Positions 19,352-27,992 of a DNA stretch of 64,000 nt are shown one piece after another; position 1 is the first letter of the stretch, and each line of letters starts with the position of its first letter. The notes under the pieces were generated by a model. The model saw only the letters and a program-made list of their open reading frames with translations. It was not told the origin of the DNA and ran no database searches. Source of the stretch: an uncultured Pseudomonadota bacterium (lineage in GTDB: Bacteria > Pseudomonadota > Alphaproteobacteria > Rhizobiales > Xanthobacteraceae); the NCBI GenBank assembly GCA_963773715.1, contig CAVZCM010000001.1:201676-265675 (forward strand), written 5' to 3'. A program made the translations under genes and the position numbers.

Positions 19352-19879
19352 TCACTTCCGGCCTTCGCAAGGCCTGGCAAAAAGATTCTTGCTATTTGAA
19401 TCGACCAGCACACGATTGGCGAGGAATTTGCGTCCGATCAGCACCTGATAACCCTGACCGGAACGATCGGTCAGGGTGAAATCGGTTACCGTCTCATGGC
19501 CGGCGACGCAGACCTTGAGGGACACGATCGGCCGCCGCGTATCCTTGACCTCGGCGCGTACGATCCGGGCGACGCGCTCGGACTGCCGCTCGAGTGTCAC
19601 GGCCTTGCCATTCGGGTCACGGATCGTGAATCGGTACCACGTCTTGCCGTCGCGCCTGAATCGCTCGAGGCCGGTGACGCTGAGCGAGGAAAATCCCGCA
19701 CCGGTGTCGAGCTTGGCCTCGAGCGTGACACCCTGTTCCGGAAAGACCACGGTTTCAATCCAGCCCGCGACGGTCGGTTTAAGCGCGGGGGCGGATTGTT
19801 GCGGCACGGCCTGAGCCATGGCGTTGCCGGTCCACAAGGCCGCCGCGGCGTTGACCAGCAGAAGGCGCAAGGGGCGCAT
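19352..19879 (-). CDS. Exported retropepsin-like aspartic protease (RimB / 'ATP-dependent zinc protease' family)
   Basis: Signal peptide, GWIE, AKLDTGA (DTG), RRPIV, LTDRS...VLIGRKFL, and two Cys. Confidence 0.88.
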   Translation of the reverse strand: MRPLRLLLVNAAAALWTGNAMAQAVPQQSAPALKPTVAGWIETVVFPEQGVTLEAKLDTGAGFSSLSVTGLERFRRDGKTWYRFTIRDPNGKAVTLERQSERVARIVRAEVKDTRRPIVSLKVCVAGHETVTDFTLTDRSGQGYQVLIGRKFLANRVLVDSNSKNLFARPCEGRK

Positions 19880-19995
19880 TATGCCTCCCTAAAGAACCAG
19901 ATCGCGGCCTTCTTACGGGGCCTTCAGGCTATGTGTATCAACCGCAGGTCTGCACTCAATGCCAGTGCTTTCGTTGCCGCAGTACAGCAATCGTG

Positions 19996-20817
19996 TCAGG
20001 CCGCTGCAACCCACTCATTGGCTTCCAGGGCACGGGCGACGAAGGCCGAGATAGCCTTCAGGGTCGCGTCCGGCGCTTCGCGCTGGGGCGAATGCCTGAC
20101 GCCGGGCAACAATGCCACCTCCACCGGGCAATAGCATTCCTGCTCGGCGGTCTCGATCTGTGCGGCCGTGCCGTACTGGTCGTCCTCGCCCTGCACGATC
20201 AGGATCGGCACGCGGATATAGGCGAGCGGCCCTGTGATGTCCCAACGGCGGAATCCGGGATCGAGCCATGCGTCGTTCCAGCCCCTGAAGGCGTTATCGA
20301 CGTCGGCGTGCCAGCGCGAAAGACGCTGGCGCAGGTCGCCGGTTTCATAGGCCATGCGCGCTTCTTCGATGGACGCGATGCCGGGATTCTCGGTGAAGAA
20401 ATGCGGCGCGATCAGCACCAGCCCGCCGACGCGATGATCCTGATGGATGCCGGCATAGATCGCGGCGATCGACGCGCCGTCGCTGTGGCCAACGAGCAGC
20501 CCGCGACAGAACCCTATTGTCTCGAGCAACGTCGGCAAAATGTCACGCGCCTCGTCGTGCATGTAGGTGAGCGGTAGCGGCAGTACGACCGGGCTCGACT
20601 GGCCGTAGCCTGCGCGCGAATAGACAAACACGCCACAGCCGGTCGCCTGTTGCAGCTTGTCCGGAAAATCGCCCCATAAGCCAACGCAGCCGAGCCCTTC
20701 GTGCAACAGCACCAGAGTCGGCGCCTCATCCGGGCGCGGGCCGATCATGCGGTATTCAAGGCGCTGGTCGCCGATCGGGAGGAAGCCGGAGTCGTCCAAA
20801 GCCATTGCGGCACTCAT
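19996..20817 (-). CDS. Alpha/beta hydrolase
   Basis: LLHEGLG, nucleophile GHSDG, GEDDQYG, catalytic His in VRHSP. Confidence 0.85.
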   Translation of the reverse strand: MSAAMALDDSGFLPIGDQRLEYRMIGPRPDEAPTLVLLHEGLGCVGLWGDFPDKLQQATGCGVFVYSRAGYGQSSPVVLPLPLTYMHDEARDILPTLLETIGFCRGLLVGHSDGASIAAIYAGIHQDHRVGGLVLIAPHFFTENPGIASIEEARMAYETGDLRQRLSRWHADVDNAFRGWNDAWLDPGFRRWDITGPLAYIRVPILIVQGEDDQYGTAAQIETAEQECYCPVEVALLPGVRHSPQREAPDATLKAISAFVARALEANEWVAAA

Positions 20818-20830
20818 ATTCCCGGCACGG

Positions 20831-20928
20831 CCTCATGGCGAGGAACGCTACGTAGCCGCGCGTCTCGAACCATGTGGCCGCCCCATCCTTCGAGACGCAT
20901 CGCTAACGCGCTGTTCCTCAGGATAAGG
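20831..20928. repeat. REP-like element (CTCATGGYGAGG...GTCTCGAACC...CATCCTTCGAGAC...CTCAGGATRAGG family)
   Basis: Internal GTCTCGAA/TTCGAGAC inverted pair; a second copy lies at 26661-26820. Confidence 0.8.
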
Positions 20929-20950
20929 CGGATACAGGCCACACCTGCAA

Positions 20951-22540
20951 TCACAAATTCCCTTCCGCCCTCAGCCTGAAGCGCTGGATCTTGCCGGTCG
21001 CAGTCTTGGGCAGCTCGGCGCGGAATTCGATCCAGCGCGGATACTTGTAAGGCGCCAGCTTCTGCTTGACGTGCTCCTGCAACATCTCTGCGAGATCCTC
21101 GCTCGCCTTGTCGGGCAACTTGAGCACGACGAAGGCCTTGGGCTTGATCAGCTTCTGCTCGTCGAACCAGCCGACGACCGCCGCCTCGAGCACCTCGGGG
21201 TGCGACGACAAGGCCGCCTCCACCTCGAACGGCGAGACGTAGATGCCGGAAACCTTCAGCATGTCGTCGGCGCGGCCGCAGCAGATGTAGTAGCCGTTTT
21301 CGTCCTCGATATATTTGTCGCCGGAGCGGGTCCATTCGCCCTGAAACGTGGAGCGCGACTTCTCACGGTTGTTCCAGTACATGATCGCGCTGGTCGGCCC
21401 GCGCGAATACATTTCGCCGATCTCGCCCTTTTTCACGGGCTGGCCATCTTCGCCGATGAGCTTGATCTCGTAACCCGGCACCGGCTTGCCGGTGGTGCCG
21501 TATCTGGTCGCGCCCGGGCGGTTGGTGAGAAAGATGTGCAGCATCTCGGTGGTGCCGAGACCGTCGGAAATCTCCACGCCGTAGCGCTCCTCCCAGCCGC
21601 GTGCGATCTGCTCGGGCAATGCCTCGCCGGCGGAGATGCAACGGCGGATTTTTACCTGATCGCGCGCCGGCGCCGATTTGCTGGCGAGGAACGCAGCGTA
21701 AAAGGTCGGCACCGCGAAGAACACCGTCACCGGATACTGTTTCAGGAGCGCTGCAACGCCATCGGGCGTCGGCCGTTCCGGATTGAGCACGGTGGTGGCA
21801 CCGACCGAGAGCGGGAACGTCATGGCGTTCCCGAGGCCGTAGGCGAAGAACAGTTTCGCCACCGAATAGATCACGTCGTCTTCCTTGAGGCCGACGACCG
21901 GCGTGCCGTAAAGGTCGGCGGTGAGCTTGAGACTGGCGTGCACGTGCACCGCGCCCTTGGGGTTGCCGGTGGAGCCCGACGTATAGAGCCAGAACGCAAT
22001 GTCGTCGCAAGTGGTCGGCGCGGTGTAATCTTCCGGCTCGTCGGCCCCGATGACGTCCTCGAACAGACGATAGCCGTGCGGGTTGTCGCCGGAGACGATG
22101 ACATGCTCGAGGTCCGGGCACGCCTTGATCAGCTTCTCGAATTTCGGAAACAGCGCTTCCGACACCACCAGGCATTTGGCGCGGCTGTCGGCGAGCATGA
22201 AGCGGTAGTCATCCTCGGTCAGCAGCGTGTTGACCGGGACCGCAACAATGCCAGCCTTCAGGCAGCCGAGAAACGCCGTCGGCCAATCAACAGTGTCGAG
22301 CATCGCCATCAATACGCGCTCTTCGCGCCGGATCCCCATGCCGCGCAACGCGGCGCCGAAGCGGGCGGCGCGGTCGGCGAGCTCGCGATAGGTGAGCGTG
22401 CGGCGCCCGTCGATATAGGCCGGCTTGTCGGCGCGGCCGGCGGCGAGATTGCCTTGCAGGACGTCGGCAGCGAAGTTGTAATCGCGTGGGACTGCGCCCA
22501 TCGTCGTTTCCGCCTCCGAAGGCGCGGTCGTCATCGTCAT
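20951..22540 (-). CDS. Benzoate-CoA ligase family protein
   Basis: WLYTSGSTGNPKG, KLFFAYGLGN, CISAGEALP, DGLGTTEMLHIF, GRADDMLKVSG, LPKTATGKIQR. Confidence 0.88.
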   Translation of the reverse strand: MTMTTAPSEAETTMGAVPRDYNFAADVLQGNLAAGRADKPAYIDGRRTLTYRELADRAARFGAALRGMGIRREERVLMAMLDTVDWPTAFLGCLKAGIVAVPVNTLLTEDDYRFMLADSRAKCLVVSEALFPKFEKLIKACPDLEHVIVSGDNPHGYRLFEDVIGADEPEDYTAPTTCDDIAFWLYTSGSTGNPKGAVHVHASLKLTADLYGTPVVGLKEDDVIYSVAKLFFAYGLGNAMTFPLSVGATTVLNPERPTPDGVAALLKQYPVTVFFAVPTFYAAFLASKSAPARDQVKIRRCISAGEALPEQIARGWEERYGVEISDGLGTTEMLHIFLTNRPGATRYGTTGKPVPGYEIKLIGEDGQPVKKGEIGEMYSRGPTSAIMYWNNREKSRSTFQGEWTRSGDKYIEDENGYYICCGRADDMLKVSGIYVSPFEVEAALSSHPEVLEAAVVGWFDEQKLIKPKAFVVLKLPDKASEDLAEMLQEHVKQKLAPYKYPRWIEFRAELPKTATGKIQRFRLRAEGNL

Positions 22541-22729
22541 CCTCCCGAAGCGGTATTTTCGCCGCCTGTTGGTCTTCCCGGTTGGGCGAATTATGCGAGC
22601 CGGAACCGATTATCGCAATGTGAATATAATTCCAGGTGGACGGCACGGCTGGTTCCCGGCCCACCACTGTACAGCGCGGCATTTGCGGTTATGGTTCGCG
22701 CGCGATGAAGCAGCGACGGGAGCTTTCTC

Positions 22730-23899
22730 ATGATCTTGAGCCGCGAGCGTATCCTGACCACCCACGTCGGCAGCCTGCCACGCAACGAAAAGCTGTCGGA
22801 CCTGCTGGTACGTCAGGAGGCGGGCGAAAAATTTGATCCCGCCGAAATGACCGCCGAGCTCGACCGCGCGGTGAGCCACGTCGTGGACAAGCAGGTCGCC
22901 GCCGGCATCGACGTCGGCAACGACGGCGAGCAGCAGCGCGTCGGATTCCAGACCTACATCCCGCAGCGAATGAGCGGCTTCGGCGGCGTTTCGCAGCGCC
23001 GGCGCGGTCGCGAGTTCGAGGAGTTTCCGGAACTGGTGGCGAGCCTGATGCGGCGCTTTCCGCACGTCACCAAGGGTCAGCAGGGTTCGCCGCAGGCGCA
23101 GGCCGAGATCAAATATCTCGACGTCAGGCCGCTGGAAGACGAGCTCGCGCGCTTCAAGCGTATCGCCGGAGACCAATTCACCGAGACGTTCATGACGGCG
23201 CCGTCGCCCGGCATCATCTCGTCGACCATGCTCGACGCCTATTACGGCTCGCAGGACAAGTACCTCACCGCGATCTCGCGTGAGATGAAGAACGAATATC
23301 AGGCAATCCACAAAGCCGGCCTCCTGTTGCAGATCGACGCGCCCGATCTCGCCATGGACCGGACCATGATGTACCGCGACCTCGACGACGCCGGTTTCGT
23401 AAAGGCGGTAGAGCGGCACATCGCGGCGATCAACGAAGGTATCGAGGGCATTCCGCCCGAACGCGTGAGGCTGCACGTCTGTTACGGCAACTGGGAAGGC
23501 CCGCACATACACGATGTACCGCTGGTGAAGATCCTGCCGGCGCTGTACGAGGCCAATGTCGGCGCGCTGTCGATCGAGTTTTCCAATCCGCGCCACGCCC
23601 ACGAATACGCCGCCTTCAAGGCCGCGCCGTTGCCGGCGGACATGGTGCTGATCCCGGGCGTGGTGGAGACCACCTCCAATTTCGTCGAACATCCGGAAGT
23701 GGTGGCACGCCGTATCGAGGAGGCGGTGGCGGCGGTCGGCGACCGTGAGCGCGTGATCGCCGGCACCGATTGCGGCTTCGGCACGTTCACCAATCGCGAG
23801 TGGGTGATCGAGCCGGTCGTGTGGCTCAAGCTCGCCGCCATCCGCCAGGGCGCCGATATCGCCTCGGCGCGCCTGTGGGGCAAGAAAACCGCGGCATGA
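22730..23899 (+). CDS. Cobalamin-independent methionine synthase II family (single-barrel MetE-like) protein
   Basis: TTHVGSLPR, NDGEQ, LQIDAPDL, Zn ligands LHVC and TDCGF. At 389 aa it is about half the length of MetE. Confidence 0.85.
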   Translation: MILSRERILTTHVGSLPRNEKLSDLLVRQEAGEKFDPAEMTAELDRAVSHVVDKQVAAGIDVGNDGEQQRVGFQTYIPQRMSGFGGVSQRRRGREFEEFPELVASLMRRFPHVTKGQQGSPQAQAEIKYLDVRPLEDELARFKRIAGDQFTETFMTAPSPGIISSTMLDAYYGSQDKYLTAISREMKNEYQAIHKAGLLLQIDAPDLAMDRTMMYRDLDDAGFVKAVERHIAAINEGIEGIPPERVRLHVCYGNWEGPHIHDVPLVKILPALYEANVGALSIEFSNPRHAHEYAAFKAAPLPADMVLIPGVVETTSNFVEHPEVVARRIEEAVAAVGDRERVIAGTDCGFGTFTNREWVIEPVVWLKLAAIRQGADIASARLWGKKTAA

Positions 23900-24720
23900 T
23901 CACGCTCTACGATTTCGGCAATTCGGTCTGCTGCCAGAAGGTGCGCATCACACTGCGCGAGAAGGGGCTCGCGTGGGAGGCAATCCCGGTCGATCTGTTC
24001 AAGGCCGAGCAGTACGACCCGAAATACCTCAAGCTCAATCCAAAAGGGCTGGTGCCGACGCTGGTGCACGATGGCAACGCCATCGCCGAGTCGACGCTGA
24101 TCTGCGAGTACATCGACGACGCCTTTCCCGACCCGCCACTCAAACCGGCGGACGCAGGCGGCCGTGCCCGCATGCGGATGTGGAGCAAGTTCGTCGATGA
24201 GGGCCTGTTCGAGGGCGTCACCGAACTCAGCTTCTCGGCCATGTTCCGCGAGCGCATGAAGAACATGCCGGAGGACATTCGCCAGGTGCGATTCCGCAAT
24301 ATCGGCGATCCCCGCCGGCGTGACCGTTTCATGTCGACCTATGAGCTGGGCGTCCAGTCGCCTTTTGTGCTGCACGCCATCGGCGCCTACGAGCGTGCCT
24401 TCAAATACATGGAGGAAACGCTTGCCGAGGGCGGTCCGTGGCTGCTGGGCGATCAGGTGACGCTCGCCGACATCAACATGATGCCGTTCGTGGCGCGGCT
24501 TTCGTATCTCGGCCTGCTCGACGTCTGGGTCGCGGATCGCCCGCACATCAAGGCGTGGTGGGAACGCGTGCAGCAATGGCCCAGCTTCAGGACGGGATTG
24601 AGCGATCTCATTACCGACACCGAATATGCCGAGATGGCGAAACACGGGCCGACGATCCGCGACCAGGTGGCCGCGCGGCTGCAGGAAGTGCGCAACGCCA
24701 TGCCGGTAAAGACGGCTTAG
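23896..24720 (+). CDS. Glutathione S-transferase family protein
   Basis: MITLYDFGNSVCCQKVR, LNPKGLVPTL, ESTLICEYID, WLLGDQVTLAD. ATGA overlap with the upstream gene. Confidence 0.88.
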   Translation: MITLYDFGNSVCCQKVRITLREKGLAWEAIPVDLFKAEQYDPKYLKLNPKGLVPTLVHDGNAIAESTLICEYIDDAFPDPPLKPADAGGRARMRMWSKFVDEGLFEGVTELSFSAMFRERMKNMPEDIRQVRFRNIGDPRRRDRFMSTYELGVQSPFVLHAIGAYERAFKYMEETLAEGGPWLLGDQVTLADINMMPFVARLSYLGLLDVWVADRPHIKAWWERVQQWPSFRTGLSDLITDTEYAEMAKHGPTIRDQVAARLQEVRNAMPVKTA

Positions 24721-24813
24721 CTGCAGCGCACTTCGCGCTATCACCAATTCAGTTGCCAAACAGCCATGCGTCATCGCCCGTATTGTTTGGCGGGCGCCGG
24801 GTTCGCCCGTATT

Positions 24814-25155
24814 CCTCTTCCCTCTCCACATGAAAGAGGGAGATGGAGCGCCGCGTGGCGCCACCATCTTGGTTCCGCGCTTCAGCGAAGCGCGGGCGGG
24901 TCTGGCGAGACCCGCGCGCCCCGCGGCGCTCCATCGCGGTGTCTTCCAACCCGGGCCGCGCTTTCAGCAAGGTCTCGAAGACTCACGCTGTCAGCCAGCT
25001 CCTGGCGGGGGGTCTTGGTGCCCCCGGGCGGAGCCCCGGGCCGCCCGAGCGCGGGGACTGCGTTTTCCCCGCCCGCGGGCACCGCATCCGGCCCCGCTGT
25101 CATGACGCCTCATGAAAGCGCCCTCGGCGGACCGAACGCGAGAATGATAAGGGCG
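24814..25155. repeat. Long multi-hairpin intergenic element (candidate MITE or structured RNA)
   Basis: 14-bp perfect inverted repeat GATGGAGCGCCGCG (24842-24855) / CGCGGCGCTCCATC (24922-24935) enclosing two further hairpins. It starts with a CCCTCT..GAGGG REP-like half. Boundaries are approximate. Confidence 0.5.
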
Positions 25156-25324
25156 CCTCAGCGCGCGGGGATAAGTTTTTTCTGTTATGGGGCGCCGCCC
25201 TGGCCCGTCCTGCAAGGCGGTTCGGCCTATGCCCTTGCGAGCCCCATGCCTGTCGGCGCATAACCACACGGAAAACGCCGGCGGCCGCGCCAAACGTGCG
25301 GCGCGCGAGGACAAGGAGGACGCC

Positions 25325-26626
25325 ATGGACGAGAGAACGCGCGAACTGATCGAGATTCGCCCCGAGGACATCAACCCGCGCTACAATTGGGGGCGGGCCC
25401 TGCCCTCGCTCGGTATTATGGGCGTCGACTTCGAAGAGCGCGTCGATTACCGCCGCCTGCACCGGTACCGGCTCGGTCGCGCCAAGCAGGTGCTGGAGAA
25501 TTCCGAGTGCGGCGCGCTCCTGGTCTTCGACGTCAACAACATCCGCTATCTCACCTCGACCAAGATCGGCGAATGGGAGCGCGACAAGATCTCGCGTTGG
25601 GCGCTGCTGACCCGCGGTGGCGACCCGATCCTGTGGGACTTCGGCTCGGCCGCCGTCCACCACAAGCTCTACGCGCCGTGGCTCAAGCCGGAGAACTGCA
25701 AGGCGGGGCTCCTGGGGCTTCGCGGCACCGTGCAGCCTTCGTTTGGTCTGATGGAAAAGCACGCAAAGGAACTGTTCTCGCTGCTGAAGGAAGCCGGCGT
25801 CGAGAAGATGCCGGTGGGCGTCGACATCGTCGAGCCGGCGATGATGTTCGAAATGCAGAAGGCGGGCATCAAGGTCGTTGACGGACAACAGTTGATGCTG
25901 GAAGCGCGCGAGCTCAAGTCGCAGGACGAGATCGCGCTTCTGAACCGCGCCGCCGCCATGGTCGACGGCGCCTATCACATGATCAACGAGGAACTGAAGC
26001 CCGGCGTGCGTGAGAACGACATCGTCGCCAAGGTCAACGAGTTCCTCTATCGCCACGGGTCCGACGACGTGGAGGCGGTGAACGCCATTTCCGGCGAGCG
26101 CTGCAATCCGCACCCGCACAACTTCACCGACCGGCTGATTCGCCCCGGCGATCAGGCCTTCTTCGACATCCTGCAGGCGTTCATGGGCTACCGCACCTGC
26201 TACTACCGCACTTTCAACGTCGGGCGCGCCACGCCGGCGCAGCACGACGCGTACAAGAAGTGCCGCGAGTGGCTCGACCGCGCGATCGAATTGATCAAGC
26301 CGGGCGTCACCACCGACGAAGTGGCGCGCGCCTGGCCGAAGGCGGAAGAGTTCGGTTTCCCGGATGAATTGTCGGCCTTCGGCCTGCAGTTCGGCCACGG
26401 TCTCGGCCTGGCATTGCACGAGCGGCCGATCATCTCGCGCGTGATCTCGCTCGAGCATCCGACCGAGATCAAGGAAGGCATGGTGTTCGCGCTCGAAACC
26501 TATTGCCCGGCCACGGATGGTTATTCCGGCGCGCGCATCGAGGAGGAAATGGTGGTCACCGACAAGGGCTGCCGGGTGATCTCGCTGTTCCCGGCGGAAG
26601 AACTGCCGATCGCGGCGCGGTATTGA
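25325..26626 (+). CDS. M24 (Xaa-Pro peptidase/creatinase) family protein
   Basis: GGAG RBS; FDVNNIRYLT, LKSQDEI, FFDI...YRTCYYRT, GHGLGLALHE, ALETY, ARIEE. Confidence 0.85.
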   Translation: MDERTRELIEIRPEDINPRYNWGRALPSLGIMGVDFEERVDYRRLHRYRLGRAKQVLENSECGALLVFDVNNIRYLTSTKIGEWERDKISRWALLTRGGDPILWDFGSAAVHHKLYAPWLKPENCKAGLLGLRGTVQPSFGLMEKHAKELFSLLKEAGVEKMPVGVDIVEPAMMFEMQKAGIKVVDGQQLMLEARELKSQDEIALLNRAAAMVDGAYHMINEELKPGVRENDIVAKVNEFLYRHGSDDVEAVNAISGERCNPHPHNFTDRLIRPGDQAFFDILQAFMGYRTCYYRTFNVGRATPAQHDAYKKCREWLDRAIELIKPGVTTDEVARAWPKAEEFGFPDELSAFGLQFGHGLGLALHERPIISRVISLEHPTEIKEGMVFALETYCPATDGYSGARIEEEMVVTDKGCRVISLFPAEELPIAARY

Positions 26627-26660
26627 CCGGCGCATTGCAACGATGAGCCGACCCTCCGGC

Positions 26661-26820
26661 GTCATGGTGAGGAGCATCGCGTAGCGATGCGTCTCGAACC
26701 CACGCAAGTCGGGTTTACCCGACTTGCGTGCTTAAGATGCCGATCCCGGGTAAACCCGAGATCGGTGGGTCGCCTCATCCTTCGAGACGCGCACCTAACG
26801 GTGCGCTCCTCGGGATGAGG
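26661..26820. repeat. Composite REP: same family as 20831-20928, carrying a second palindromic unit (about 26701-26765) in its loop
   Basis: Outer GTCATGGTGAGG...GTCTCGAACC / CATCCTTCGAGAC...GGATGAGG. Inner CACGCAAGTCGGG-ttta-CCCGACTTGCGTG and CCGATCCCGGG-taaa-CCCGAGATCGG. Confidence 0.8.
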
Positions 26821-26847
26821 GCGGGGGACAGCGGGGAGAGGTAAAAG

Positions 26848-27276
26848 ATGCTCGCCGCGCTTGCCGCCCTCCTGGTCTGCCAGCTCCTCGGCGAAGCTAT
26901 CGTACGCGTGTCGTCCATGCCGGTGCCAGGGCCGGTACTCGGCATGGTGCTGTTGTTCCTCGCCATGCTGGCGCGCGCGCCGCTGCCCAAGGAACTCGGC
27001 AAGACCTCTGACGGCCTGCTCAAACATCTGTCGTTGCTATTTGTGCCCGCCGGCGTGGGCGTGGTGCAGAACCTCACCGTGCTCGGCAACGAGGGGCTCC
27101 GGCTGATCGCGGTCGTGGTGCTGGGAACCATCATTACACTGGCCGTGACCGCGCTCACCTTCGAGTATCTGGCGCGCTTCATGAACGTCGACGAGGACGC
27201 CGGCGACCACCGCGAGACCGGCGAGACGGAGGCGGACGGCGCCAGGGCGGCCAGGCCGAAGGCGGGCGCGCCATGA
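26848..27276 (+). CDS. CidA/LrgA family protein
   Basis: LLVCQLLGE, PVPGPVLGMVLLF, LSLLFVPAGVGV. Confidence 0.9.
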   Translation: MLAALAALLVCQLLGEAIVRVSSMPVPGPVLGMVLLFLAMLARAPLPKELGKTSDGLLKHLSLLFVPAGVGVVQNLTVLGNEGLRLIAVVVLGTIITLAVTALTFEYLARFMNVDEDAGDHRETGETEADGARAARPKAGAP

Positions 27277-27992
27277 GCACCTTCGTTTCACTCTGGGTCT
27301 ATCTCTCCGGCGAGCCGCTCTTGTGGCTGACCGCAACGCTGGTCGCCTACGTCGCCGCCGACACCGTCGCGGCCGCCCTCAAACGCAATCCGCTCGCCAA
27401 TCCGGTGCTGATCGCGGTGATCCTGGTGGCGGCGCTGCTGCTCGCAACCGGCACCGATTACCCGACCTATTTCGCCGGCGCACAGTTCGTACACTTCCTG
27501 CTGGGCCCGGCGACGGTGGCGCTGGCAGTGCCGCTCTTCCGCTATCTGCCGCACGTGCGGCGCACGGCGGTGCCAATGGCGGTGGCGCTGGTGGTCGGCT
27601 CGCTGACGGCGATCGCCTCTGCGGTTCTCCTCGCGCTGGCCTTCGGGCTTGACCGCGCCTCGGTGCTGGCGCTGGCGCCAAAGTCCTCGACCGCCGCCAT
27701 CGCCATGGGTATCGCCGAACAGACCGGCGCCGACCCGGCGCTCACCGCCGTGCTGGTGATCCTGACCGGCATCACCGGCGCCATCGTGGTCACGCCGTTG
27801 ATGAACGCGTTGCGCCTGAAGAACTATGCCGCCCGCGGTTTCGCGGCGGGGCTCGCGTCGCACGGTATCGGCACCGCGCGCGCCTTCCAGGTGTCGCCCC
27901 TCGCCGGCACCTTTGCCGGCATCGCGCTGGGCCTGAACGGGTTGTTGACCGCCCTGCTGGTGCCTGTTGTGATTGCCTGGCTGGTGAAGTGA
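27273..27992 (+). CDS. LrgB/CidB family protein
   Basis: ANPVLIAV, LLGPATVALAVPL, LAPKSSTAAIA, GLASHGIGTARA. Confidence 0.9.
   Translation: MSTFVSLWVYLSGEPLLWLTATLVAYVAADTVAAALKRNPLANPVLIAVILVAALLLATGTDYPTYFAGAQFVHFLLGPATVALAVPLFRYLPHVRRTAVPMAVALVVGSLTAIASAVLLALAFGLDRASVLALAPKSSTAAIAMGIAEQTGADPALTAVLVILTGITGAIVVTPLMNALRLKNYAARGFAAGLASHGIGTARAFQVSPLAGTFAGIALGLNGLLTALLVPVVIAWLVK

Noticed and set aside
22541-22729. Cobalamin or SAM riboswitch upstream of the MetE-like gene (and of metF at 41283-41349)
   Set aside because: No B12-box or SAM-II/SAM-alpha consensus seen, and the regions are short.
26848-27992. cidA/lrgB as a prophage lysis cassette
   Set aside because: No phage genes nearby; this pair is a common chromosomal membrane/transport module.
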